Shown here piece by piece: positions 51,554 through 63,330 of a DNA stretch of 64,000 nt (position 1 is the stretch's first letter; each line of letters opens with the position of its first letter). The position numbers and the translations under genes are program-made. This DNA comes from Callorhinchus milii (Eukaryota). The notes under the pieces were generated by a model, which made no database searches, was not told where the DNA came from, and saw only the letters and a program-made list of their open reading frames with translations. The DNA lies in contig NW_024704742.1 in NCBI RefSeq assembly GCF_018977255.1, positions 31,436,001 through 31,500,000 of the forward strand, in the 5' to 3' direction.

Positions 51554-52669
51554 AGTCCATTTGACCAGACCTCATGGGGATGCCAAATAGCAAATGCTTT
51601 CACTAGCTTCTCAGGCCACTTTCCCCATTGCCCCATTTCCATTACATCCTGTAGTCCAGACATTGGTGTGAATTATGTTAATGAATGATGGTCTGGTCTA
51701 AATGCAGTTACATGTACAGGCAGCTCTATGTAATATAGCTTTGATTCACACGACACCCCCCCTACCTACAAATACACTGAAAGGAAATCTATTACCTAAC
51801 TGCCATTTTGTTAAGTGTTTGCTCCCTGTTGTGACCCTGCCACTTTAGCTGTTGATTTTTATTTTCTGAGTGACATTGTCCATATGTTACTCTAATAGTT
51901 GCTATAATTCTTGGGCAATAGGGCTGATGTTTTATTGGGACGAATTAAAAAGAATGCACTTTAATAAAACCCTAGCAATACACAAATGGTTTAACACTGA
52001 ATTATTTGCATAAAGATGAAATATGGTGACTTGTTTTGACATGACTTTATAACATGATTGAATAGGTTATTATAGGGATGTACTTTGGTGTGAGTTAACT
52101 AGTTATTTTAGTGCAGCTTGTGCTAATAAAATAGTGAGTGCTGAAGTGTACTAATGAAGATCTTTCATGCCGGATTTACAGATGGTTCCTATTCATATAA
52201 TGTAAATGGCTATCAATAATACACACCAATAATCCAGGTGTTTGCGGATAGTTCAGTGATTTCCTTTTTTTATGGCTTAAGTGTCATAATGCCTTGAAAC
52301 ATTGCAAAGCTTTCCCTGGCTCTGGGTCAACAAAAGTGTTTATTCTCTAATGTTAAATACAAATTTGTCACCAGGATCGCCCATAGGAATTCAATTCAAG
52401 TTAGGAAAGAATAAATAAATCGTTCTTTGGCTCTATTAATCCGACACTTTGTAGCTCAGAAATATAATGTTCTCCCGACCCACTGAGTGATAGGTCTTGA
52501 GTAAAGCTAGGTCTTATCTGCCATGACAGGGATTTTGGGAGCTCTCAACTAGGTGACCAGGTAACAGAGACATCCTTTGGATAAGTAGGGAATGGAAGAA
52601 GAAGAATCATTACATTTGGTATAGCGCCTTTCACATCAGGAGGATGTCCTCAAAGCACTTCACAGGATA

Positions 52670-52933
52670 TAATAATCCTTGGATTTGATATCACGCCTTT
52701 ACATGCAGTTGAGACGTCTCAAAGTGCTTCACAGAATATATTGCAATGTGGATTGACTGTGGGCGAAACGTGGCAGCCAATTGCACACAGCAGTGTCCCA
52801 CAAACAATCATGGAGTGACCAATTTTTAACTGTGGGGGGATTATCACTCACGGAAGGCAATCCGCCAATCGACTAACAACCGGGTTCCTACTTACTGCTA
52901 GGTAAACAGAGTTGTGTGGAGTAAGGAAACTTA
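52670..52933 (-). mobile_element. SINE family A, long form, head missing
   Basis: Tail, then CAATCGACTAACAACCGGGTTCCTACTTACTGCTAGGTAAACAGAG, then GTGTGGAGTAAGGAAAC. Confidence 0.88.
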
Positions 52934-53129
52934 CAGAAGGTAACTCCCAAAATAGAGAGGAGGCCACAAAGTTAAACACAAAGAAAAAAAGTTAACTCTT
53001 ATTTATCCAAAAGAAATTATCATCTCCATTCTGATAGTCTAAAAATGGCACAAATGTCCTCAGAGAGTTATAGGAGAGATCCTCCTCCTCCCATGAAAAA
53101 GGCTACCTGTGCAAACTTAGAATAAAGTT

Positions 53130-53243
53130 ACACCCACAAAATATATAGTGTATTCACTTCACAGTATATTCCGTGAAGTGCTTTGAGATGTCTCAACGAC
53201 ATTATAAGGCATTAACTCAAATGCAAGGATTATTATTATTATA
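53130..53243 (+). mobile_element. SINE 3' fragment
   Basis: Conserved tail plus (ATT)n. Confidence 0.85.
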
Positions 53244-53974
53244 AACATAAACATTTTTAGTTTCACTGCTGGATGACAGAAACAAATGGATGCAAGTAAT
53301 ATTTGTTGTTCCTTGCTGGAGAATGACAGAAAAGCTTCCTCCTTTTTAAAAATTACATAAATCTAACATATAGCAGAATGGCCACATTCAGCATAGCATA
53401 AACCCAGAGGATATACAACAACACAACAAAATTACATTTGTAAAGCGCCTTTCACATCAAGAAAACATCCCATTCTATACAAACATAGAATGGATAGCTG
53501 AGAATGGTTACATCAGGATAACGTCAGCAGGCATAGAGAAAATAATACAAATAATGGACAGCTGAAAGTGGTCACATTCAGGATAATGCTAGCACACTGG
53601 CTTTGAGCAAAGTTATTCTTCATATAATAGGTGGCATAAGGTGTTGCCAGAGACAAACTGGAACAGGGGCAGAGGTGCCAGACATCTGACACAGTGATCT
53701 CTGCCTGGGAGCACGGGAAACTTCTGAGCCTGTCAAACTGACTATTATATTCCATCACTGGCAAGACAGGGTTAGTACGACACAGAGAGTGACAAGTGGA
53801 ACTCAGCTTGAAGGCTTGCTACTTCTTCAACCAAATTTTCCAGAGACATTTTCACCAGCTGTTGGCCCAGCACAGATTACCAGGTGAAGGAAATAATGCT
53901 TGCAAGTATCACACTGGGGTCTAAACTGCAAGATTCACAAAAGGGTCAGTATCCCAGGAATCCAGGCCATGTTC

Positions 53975-55245
53975 TGGGTGGGTGCAGAGCGGCAGAAGGC
54001 CCACCTGCCAATATTGAGGCGAGCAAGACGGGCGACGTGAAACAGGCCGGAGCCCGCTGAGCGGTGAGAGCAAGCAGGATGATAAGCGGTTAGGAGGTCG
54101 CAGAGGTAGGGGAGAGCAAGACCACGGAGGGCTTTGAAGGTGAGGACCAGGATCTTGAACTGTATCCTCTGTATGTTGGGAAGCCAGTGGAGTTGGACGA
54201 GGATGGGGGTGATAGGGTCGCGGAGCCTGGTGCGGGAGAGGACGGAGGTTTCAGAGTTCTGGATGATCTGCAGCCTGTGGAGGGAGGAGTTGGGGAGGCC
54301 GACAAGCAATGAGTTTGCATAGTCAAGCCTCAGTGTAATGAAAGCACGTATGAGGGTTTCGGCAGCCTGTGATGTGAGACAATGGCGGAGCCGGGCGATG
54401 TTGCAGAGGTGGAGGAAGGCAGAGCGAGTCATGGACAGTTGAGGGTCGAACAAGACACTAAGGTTTCTGACTGGCTTAGTAAGGTGGAGTGTGCAACCAC
54501 GGATGGTGATGCTGTCAGCACCTGAGGTGTGGAGGCGCTGACAGGAGCCAATCAGGAGGGCCTCGGTTTTGTTGATGTTCAACTAAAGAAAGTTAGCTCT
54601 CATCCAGGACTTGATGTCTGACAGACATTCTATCAAGACAGCAGTGGTCCTGGAGTCAAGGGTGGAGGCAGAGAGATATAGTTGGGTGTCATCCGCATAC
54701 ATGTGGAAGTTGACCCTATGTCTACAGATTATGTTACCAAGAGGGAGCATATAGATATTGAAGAGAAAGGGACCAGGAACAGAGCCCTGAGCAGTGCCAC
54801 ATGAGACAATTCGAGGGCTAGAGGAGAAGCCATTTGTGGAGGTGAAGTGGAGGTGGTGTGAGAGGTACGATCTGAACCAGTCAAGGACAGAGCTGTGAAG
54901 GTTGAGGTGAGAGGAGAGGCGGTGGATGAGGATAGAGTGGTCGACAGTGTCGAAGGCAGCAGAGGGAGGTCAACAAGGATGAGGAGGCAGAGGGAGCCCT
55001 GGTCGCAGATGGACAGAAGGTCATTTGTCACTTTGACCAGGGCTGTTTCTGTCCTGTGGGCGACACCGAAACCTCATTGGAGGGGTTCGTGAAGGGAGCG
55101 ATGGGAGAGGAAATAGCGAAGCTGAGAAGCAACAACTCATTCCTGGACCTTGGAGAGGAAAGGGATGTTGGAGATGGGGCAGTAGATTGGGAGTAGAGAT
55201 GGGTCCAGGGAGGGTTTTTAAGGATAGGAGTGATAACAGCGTGCA
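53975..55245 (-). mobile_element. L2 LINE RT segment (inverted relative to the adjacent tail)
   Basis: AVITPILK, NDLLSICDQGSLCLLILVDL, MYADDTQLY, NKTEALLIG, LHWLP..RIQFKILVLTFKAL, AFCRSAPT; same subfamily as 20648. Confidence 0.95.
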
Positions 55246-55394
55246 TTTGGTTACCCTTCTACCCTCCCTGCCCTTCAACCCTCCTGATCCCAATCACCAG
55301 CTCTGGTGTGGATCCCTGACTGTCCAGCGCCTTGGGTTGTCCTCTTGACGTGAAAGGCACAATACAAATGTAATTTGTTGTTGTTGTTGTTGTT
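55246..55394 (+). mobile_element. L2 3' terminal segment with (TTG)n tail
   Basis: CTGACTGTCCAGCGCCTTGGG...GACGTGAAAGGC..ACAAATGTAAT(TTG)n. Confidence 0.9.
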
Positions 55395-55749
55395 GGACTC
55401 AGTCAACGGTCAGTGGGGAACCCTCTTGGACTGAGATCCTGGTTGATGTTCTCCATCTCTACAGTGTATCAATGGAAGGTGCAAGAAGAAAACCCAGGTA
55501 TATCTGGACTTATCAATAATGCCATGTGGAGAGATGGCAGGCAACAGACACTACAATCTAGCCAATCTGCGATGAGGAAACTGCGCATCCACTTCCCACT
55601 GGATTCAAATCCCTAATTATTTTTTGGCATGTCCCATAAGAATATAAGAACATAAGAATTAGGAGCAGGAGTAGGCCATTCGGCCCCTCGAGCCTGCCCC
55701 GCCATTTGATAAAATCGTGGCTGATCTTCAGACCTAACTCTAATTACCT

Positions 55750-56845
55750 GCCCTATCCCCATATCCCCTAAACCCTCTATTATTTAAAAAATCTATCAGT
55801 CTCAGCCTTGAAGATGTTCAAGGACTGAGCATCTACAGCCTTCTGGGGTAGTGAATTCCATAAATTCACTACTCTCTGAGTGAAGAAATGTTTCTTCAAC
55901 TCTGTTCTAAAAGGCTGACCCTTAATTTTAAGACTGTGACCTTGGTTATAGATTCTCCTACCAGGGAAAACAGACCCTCAGTGTCTACTTTATTCAGCCC
56001 TTTAAGAATCTTATATGTTTCAATAAGATCTCCCCTAATTCTTCTGTACTCTAGAGAATATAGCCCTAGTTTATTCAGCCTATTCTTATAGGTCAGTCCC
56101 CTAATCCCAGGAACCAACTTAGTGAATCTACGCTGCACCCCCTCTAGGGTAAGTATGTCTTTTTTAAATAAGGAGACCAAAACTGCTCACAGTATTCTAG
56201 GTGCGGTCTCACCAAGGCCCTATACAGTTGCAGCAAGACTTCCCTACTCTTGTACTCTAAACCTTTTGCAATGAACGCTAACATGCCGTTTACCTTCTTA
56301 GTTGCTTGCTGCATTTGCAAGCTAACTTTTTGAGACTGGTGTACAAGGACACCCAAATCCCTCTGAACACTAACACTATCTAATTTCTCCCCTTCTAGAA
56401 AATAATCTGTTTTTCTATTTTTTCTACCTAGGTGAATAATTTCACACTTCCCCACATTAAATTTCATCTGCCACTTACTTGCCCACTCCCCTAGCCTATC
56501 TATATCCTGTTGCAATCTTTTTGCATCATCCTCAAAGCTTACTCTCCCACCTAGTTTAGTGTCATCCGCAAATTTAGATACATTACATTCAATGTCCTCG
56601 TCTAGATCATTGATGTAAACTGTAAATAGCTGAGGCCACCCCCCATTCCTCGTTTACCACATTGCCTATCTTTCCTATACACCACGTACCCTGGAATATT
56701 TAGCTCCCACCCTTGATCTCCCTGTAACCATGTCTCGGTGATGGCTACTAGATCATACCCGTTTGTTTCTATTTGTGCATTTAACTCATCTATCTTGTTT
56801 CGAATGCTTCGCGCATTCAGATATAGCACCTTTAAGTCTGACTTT
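55750..56845 (-). pseudogene. CR1 ORF2: APE endonuclease N-terminus joined to RT C-half, frameshifted
   Basis: LKVLYLNARSIRNK..VAITETWL..YRKDR then GPQLFTVYINDLD..SKFADDTKL, WQMKFNVGKC, LVRPHLEYC, VQRRFTKL. Confidence 0.93.
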
Positions 56846-57002
56846 GGGCTATTAATCCTATTCACCAGTGCCCTATCCCTGGGCTTCCTTTCCCCGCTTG
56901 ACACACTTTGTTCATCTCCCTGGTTAATCTGCTCTCCCACTTTCATTGGTCCTAATTTTAATTGTGACGGATTACATGCGATTGAATTCCCCCCCCCCCC
57001 CC

Positions 57003-57900
57003 TTAGTAGTTTAAAGCCCTGTCTACTTCCCTATTTATTTGTGTTGCCAGGACATTTGTCCCAGCCCTGTTTAGGTGGAGTCCATTCCTTTGGAATAGCT
57101 CCTGTCTCCCCCAATCCTGGTGCCAGTGGCCTATAATGTGAAACCCCTCCCTCCGCACCATTGTTTTAGCAGGTATTCAGTTCTTTAAATTTTTTTGCCT
57201 GTACCAATTTGCCCTGGCTCAGGTAATAATCCCAATGTTAATACCTTCGAAGTTCTACTCTTTAGCTTAACTCCCAATTCCCGGAACTTGCTCCTCAACT
57301 CGTCCCTACCGTTCCTACCTACATCATTGGTCCCTATGTGAATCATAACTATTGGATCCACTCCCTCCTGCTTCAAATTTTTCTCCAGCCCAGAAGTGAC
57401 GTCCTTCACCCTGGCCCCAGGAAGGCAACAGAGTCTTCTTGCCTCCTTGCTACGGCTGCAGAAAAGTGTGTCAGTCTTCCTGACTGTCTCATCCCCAATT
57501 ACTACTATATTCTTTCTGACTATTCCCAGTGTGGCCTCCTGCATAGAGGTGTTGGGGTAAGTTTTCCCATCTTCCTCACAGACTTCCTTGTCCACACAGG
57601 TTGCAAGTATTTCATATCTGTTGGACAAGGTTAAAGCCGGGGGTTCCTCTGCCCCTCTCTTTGGGGTCCCCTTACACGCCTGTCTGACCGTCACCCAGTC
57701 CTGTCCATGGCTAACAGCGGAATGTTCCCTGGGACTAGTGGGAGTGTCTGGCTCCAGGATAAAACTGTCCAGGAAGCTCTCCCCATCTCTAATGCTGCGC
57801 AGTGTCTCCACCTGAGGCTCCAGCTCAGCTATTCTAAGCTGGAGCTTCCTCAGTTGCAGACATTTGCTGCAGATGAAGTCATCCGGGCTCAGGTTGAGCC
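57003..57900 (-). pseudogene. CR1 ORF1: Cys/leucine-zipper region plus SGNH esterase domain
   Basis: FICSKCLQL...L..RIAELE, LSNRYEIL, VVIGDETVR, CLPGARVKDV, IHIGTNDV; after frameshifts NGLHLNRAG..RALNY*. Confidence 0.9.
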
Positions 57901-58022
57901 TTGAGAAGAGATTTTTTTTGTCTTGATGTCTTCTTGCTTTCCTCAAAACAAAATGAAAAAAAAGTGACAACGCAACAAGTGTGAACTCAGTGAACTTTCT
58001 GGACACGAGAAAAGAAGAAGCA

Positions 58023-58078
58023 TCTCCCTCTCCCTCTTTCTCCCTCTTGCTCTCCCTCTCTCTCTCTCTCTCTCTCTG
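58023..58078 (+). repeat. (CT)n microsatellite
   Basis: Direct. Confidence 0.9.
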
Positions 58079-58130
58079 TGGTTGTTGGTTCAAAGACCTG
58101 CAGAACAGCAAACCTCATGTCTACACAAGA

Positions 58131-58455
58131 TAATAATAATAATAATAGTAATAATCCTTGCATTTGCTGTAGCGCTTTTCACGTCTTCTCGACGTCTCAA
58201 AGCACTTCACAGAATAGACTGTAAAGTGAATTGACTGCATATTTGTGGGCGAAACTCGGCAGCCAATTGTGCACAGCAGTGTCCCACAAGCAGTTGTGGA
58301 TTGAAAATGACCAACTTATTATTGTTTTGTTTTGGAGGAATTATTATCAGGCATGTGGAGTAAGGAAACTTGCCCAAGGCTTTGCCCTGCCTGGAATTGA
58401 ACCCAGGTGTCTCGCTTGCAAGGTGAGTGCTCTAACCACTGAGCTGCAGGACTCC
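58131..58455 (-). mobile_element. SINE family A, full-length short form
   Basis: Colinear with the 16272 and 46181 copies; B box GGGTTCAATTCC. Confidence 0.93.
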
Positions 58456-59209
58456 TAAGATACTTAGGAACAGGAGAACAGGGATTTTTTATTTGGTCAG
58501 CCGGGTGTCTGACACACGCGGAAACCCATCACCAAGTTTAAGAATATCCAAACCAAACTGAGAATTCCATGCATCCCATCTACACATGGACATCCCAGAG
58601 AATGGAATGTACACTCTCTCCCTGGAGAGACGCACTCTGCTTACCTAATTCTGGAAAGTATTAGGCGCAGGTTGGGAAGAGAATAAAATTGAAATGGGGG
58701 GGAAATATTATCTTGGTTTTTATATAATATATCAACTGATGCATTCCAGAACTGTTTTACACGGTTCTGATATTCCCTTTGCACACAACAAACTTTCTGT
58801 TCAAGTGAGGATCATTCAGCACAGCAGAATAAAAATGGTTTAAATCTGTTTCATTTGTCGAGGTGCAAATAAATGAATGTATTTTTTCCCGGGGATGAAC
58901 TTGACATGATCGATCCCTACGTTTACATTCTCACTGTCAGACCTGTAAATCATGACATCAGTGTGTGCCGGATTATGGATGGCATCTGAGGTTCATTAAA
59001 AAAAATTAAGAGCGGGTCGCAGATAAAAGACCCCCTTTGATTTACATGGTCAAAGGTCAACATTACCTCAGTCACTGCAGTGTCTGCTGCCTGTACGCAA
59101 ACATCTATTTCAAAAGCTCATGCTTCACGCTCAAGTTCACAGTCATGCGTAGGGTCCAGCCAAATTGACTGCAACGGTCTTCCCAGCCCTGTGTATGTCG
59201 CTGTGTGTG

Positions 59210-59364
59210 AACTGTTTGTGGGACACTGCTGTGCGCAATTGGCTGCCGCATTTCGCACAGAAAATACACAGTTGATACACTCTACAATATATTGTGTGAA
59301 GCGTTTTGAGACGTCTCAACGACATGATAAGGCGCTATATCAAATGCAAGGATTATTATTATTA
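59210..59364 (+). mobile_element. SINE 3' half
   Basis: TTTGTGGGACACTGCTGTGCGCAATTGGCTGCC...ATCAAATGCAAGG(ATT)n. Confidence 0.9.
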
Positions 59365-60328
59365 TGTTGTACGACCTTAAGTACAGATCATAGTATTTTG
59401 CACTCGATATGCTTAATACTACTGTAACAACTTGTTCGTCAGTTAAACCTACACACTATTTGCTGACTATAAAACCAGAGGGGGATTTATTCACACGTTT
59501 CTATAGGATTTTAAAATAACCATACCAAATGCGCTGCTCACAGCTCCCCCTGAGGGCTGAAATTTACCACCGCTTTTAACTTGTTGTACTGTGCCCTCTG
59601 CCATATTCCCATCAGTATTGCACATTGCTTCAATATCGCATGGGGCCTAAAGGGTCTGGCTCTTTCTCAAGCCCACAACACCTTTTTTCAACACTGCAGG
59701 AGGTGAGCTGCAAAGCAACCCCACAAATTTTCTCCACATGAGTTGGCTCAGCCTTACTCTTTGCCTCAAAAGTAATTGACTTCAAAACGCACAGGAGCAA
59801 GTATAACTACCAGGTCCTGCATAGAGATCCCATAGCAACCAGCAGCACAGCTATATGCCAAAAACCAATTGCACTGTTTTTCGGCTTTGCTGCGAGTTCG
59901 GTACTTTAAGCTGTGCATGAGAACAGTTTATTATTTACTTTGTGATAAGGGTTTGACCTGGAGTAAGGTGGCACAAGATAATGTGAGGACCATTGTCGAC
60001 GGTGCTCTTTCAAGCACAGGCCACTTATCAAGTGACGAGCTTCATCAGAAAAGGGTGGGACGACTGACAGACTGGCTTGAGCAGAATGTTATTGTAAAAA
60101 ATCAAACTTCTTTCTTGTCTGGTTTTGGTCTATACGTTCTTACGGGAGCGGGAGAGCCAGGGGTGGGAGAGAGGCTGATGCTGCTGTACTGCTTTTTTTT
60201 AATGATATCTAAAGCGTGGAATAATTGGCAAGAACTTCATTGGGTAGGAATTTGCAGGTTGCTACAGGTGATATTTTCAAAATGTTTTTCACATCATTGT
60301 ACGAGACAATTTCTGGTAAGATCTTTTC

Positions 60329-60545
60329 ATAATAATAATTCTTGCTTTCGGCATAATGCCTTTCACGTGGCGAGGACATCCCAAAGCTCTTCACAGGATT
60401 TACTGTCAAGTGGAGTGACTGTGTATTGGTTGGCAAACGTTTATATGTGTATCTAATATTTAAATGTATGTGTGTCCCAGCACCTTGGGATGTCCTCCCG
60501 ATGTGAAAGGCGCTGTAAAAATGTAATCTTGTTGTTGTTGTTGTT
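60329..60545. mobile_element. SINE tail (-) and L2 tail (+) fragments
   Basis: (AAT)n..CAAAGCTCTTCACAGG at 60329-60440; CTTGGGATGTCCTCCCGATGTGAAAGGCGCT..(TTG)n at 60478-60545. Confidence 0.8.
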
Positions 60546-61065
60546 ATCAGTTTTGATATATATATTATAATCATTGGGGACATACAGAAGAAAGGGAGGC
60601 TTGAGAGCTTAAACAAGGATTGAAAAGCACAGCGCATCACTGGCACCACAGCCAGCCCACATTCCCCATTTGCCAAATATTTGCTTCTGCTCTCAGACGC
60701 TGCAATAACAAAAGTGAATGAATGGAGACTGTGTACAGCACCCCAGCAAGAGTTTCATCTAAAAACTCCTTTTCAAGTTGAAAATAGACGTAAAACCAAA
60801 CCAGTTCGTAGCTGCTTTGGAACAAGAAAGGTCACCCCGATGCCACGCGACTGTGAAATACCTCCAGCCCTTTGTGTGCTGAGCTTGGATTGTTGGATTA
60901 TGGAAGTTGCCAGTGACTGTTTAATTGAACAAGTAATATTTGGAATTAGTCAGGATCAGACAAAATTACAGAGTATTTAAATTTTCCTTCTTCCCATTGA
61001 ACACCCCCTGCCCCCATAAATTAGATTTTCTCTTCCCGAAAGGAAGAAGAAGTTATAAATAATAA

Positions 61066-61494
61066 TGAATGAATAATCCTTACATTTGGTACAGTGCCTT
61101 TCATGTCATAAGGACATTCCAAAGCACTTCACCGGATACACTGTAAAGTGGGGTGACTGTGTATTTTGTAGCAGCCAATTTGCGCACAGCAATATCCCAC
61201 AAACATTACGTAGTGAGTGACCAATTTTATCTTGGAGAATCATTGGTCAGGACACTAGAAGAAACTCCCTTCTCTTTTCGAATAGTGCCATGGGATCTCC
61301 AACATCCACCTGAACAGGCAGTCAGGACCTTGGTTTAACTTCTCATCTGAAGGATGACACTTCTAACAATGCAGCATGCCACTGGACTGGAGTTTCAGCT
61401 TAGATTATATGAGTTTCAAGGCCCAACGTGGGGCATGAATTCACAACCTTCTGACTCAGACACAAGAGTGTTACAAAATGAGCCAGGCTGACAC
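61066..61494 (-). mobile_element. SINE family B, full-length
   Basis: Tail through to head TGAGCCAGGCTGACAC. Confidence 0.9.
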
Positions 61495-62671
61495 AAATAG
61501 AGGATGTGAAAAAAGTCAGAAAGCCTGGCCCGTCCTCAACAGGTTCCCAATGTTATTTGATAGTATTTAAACATCCGCTGCATAGAAACGTGGGACTGTT
61601 ATATTCTCGTTCTTCCTTTGGTTATTTTATTTCCTGTTTTCAGAATAAACCTGGGAAACGTTACCAGCAGAGCAAAGGGCCCAGCAGCCTACAGATATAA
61701 TAACAAGTGAAAGCATTACTGTCATTGTCACAAAAAGGTCATATACAAGTACATTTCCCTGTGATTAGTTGGTGCATATCAAGATCGAAAACGTAGCCAC
61801 CAGTTTCAGTGTGCAGGGTCCCAGCGGCCTGCCTCATACAGCATCTATTAGGCAGCAGATGCTCCTAATCCTCCAGGAGAGATGTAACTGCTGTTCAAGA
61901 CAGCTGTTATCTGCTGTCTCCAAAACCACATGAATATCCAGCTCACATTACGTCAAAATAGTGACAGCTAACTACATACAGCCCACAACAGGGACTTAGA
62001 ATTTAGTCAGCGTCAAGTGAGAAGCAAACACATCTTTCATGGACATCCTGAGCAGGGCAAGTTTTCCCGTTAATGCTGGAAAGTGGTTTTGTGGAAATAC
62101 AATTAGAATTACTCAGCACAAGCAGTCACGGTAGCAGTGAAGCCCACCTACCTGTGGTGACTGATGGCATGGAGTACTGCTCCTCTCACCTCCAGTCATT
62201 CAATTCAGTCTGTCCATCTCTTGTGCTGGGGTTGGAAGCTGTTGCGCTCTTCTTTCTATCCTCAATGTGATAAGGTGCCACAACAAACACAAGGATGAGT
62301 ATGGTTATCACTTGTTCGTTCTTTGGTAATTTTGGTGGGAGAGATGAGGACTGCGAGATGGCAGATTCAGAGGTGCAACACCACTACAGATAAAAACAGC
62401 ACAAAGAGATCAGTGTGTACTATGGGGAGTTGAGTCCCTGTAAACACAAGGAACAGATTAGCAGAATGCCACAAGCATATAAACCACAAACGTTTTAAGA
62501 CTGAGCCTAACAGTGCCCCTAAGTAAAATTTAGAAGAGGCTGAATATTCTAGCAAAAGTCATATCGATAGATTGTGGTCATTTAAGATGTTAAAAAATGC
62601 AATGTTTTTCTATCTGGAAATCTTCCTTAAAGTCCATATTTCTTGATTCAGCCCCATTTTTCAGCACCCGT

Positions 62672-62984
62672 GGGGGGGAAATCCCACCTGGATCTAGATG
62701 TACTCTTGTTTTCTTTGCATTTTAGAGTGTTCAAAATTTAACAAGAATAATAATCCTTGTATTTGATATAAAGTCATATCACGTTGTCAAGATATCTCAA
62801 AGTGCCTCACTGGATACAATGTAAAGCAGTGGGACAATTTCCTAAACACAGACTTCATTTTGAATTGTTTTTTCTGTAAAACAAAATTAAGAATTACACA
62901 GAACAGGCTTCAAGATTGAATTCTGGATTCTCTTGAAATGCTGAGAGAATAGATGAATTCTGGACACAAGTGGAATTTCTCCCC
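62672..62984. mobile_element. Foldback MITE family M1, copy 4, interrupted by a SINE tail (~62746-62830)
   Basis: GGGGGAAATCCCACCTGGATCTAGA ... TCTGGACACAAGTGGAATTTCTCCCC; internal AATAATAATCCTTGTATTTG. Confidence 0.75.
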
Positions 62985-63169
62985 AGAATGTTGAAAATAG
63001 CTCCCCCAGTGGATTTGTGGGCAGAAGCAGCAGGTTAAAAGCTTGCCAGACCTGCCTGCGGCCTGAGATTTCTCAGAGGCTTAGTCAGAGGACCCTTGTC
63101 TTAAAATGCAAAACTGTGCAGCATTTTGGAAAATTCTTAAACTCAGTCTAAGATATAATAAAAATGTTG

Positions 63170-63330
63170 TCATTCACTTCATTGCTGTTGCTTTGCGCAA
63201 ATTGGCTACAGTGTTTGCCTACAAAATACACAGTTACTGCAACTTACAATGAGTCCTGTTAAGTGCTTTGCAATGTCCTACCGATGTGAAAAGTGCGATA
63301 CCAAATGCAAGGGTTATTTATTATTATTAT
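63170..63330 (+). mobile_element. SINE 3' half
   Basis: GCGCAAATTGGCTAC...CAAATGCAAGG. Confidence 0.8.

Larger units (their letters stand above)
55635..57900 (-). mobile_element. CR1 LINE with ORF1 and internally deleted ORF2
   Basis: 3' (TTCTTATG)-type octamer tail; ORF2 and ORF1 motifs listed in the next two entries. Confidence 0.95.

Noticed and set aside
57185..58111. 308-aa ORF as a host lipase/esterase gene
   Set aside because: It is CR1 ORF1. The N-terminal ~70 residues are read through a (GA)n microsatellite and flank, and the C-terminus is frameshifted.
59869..60456. 195-aa ORF
   Set aside because: Non-ATG start, no recognisable domain, and the 3' part runs through a SINE tail.
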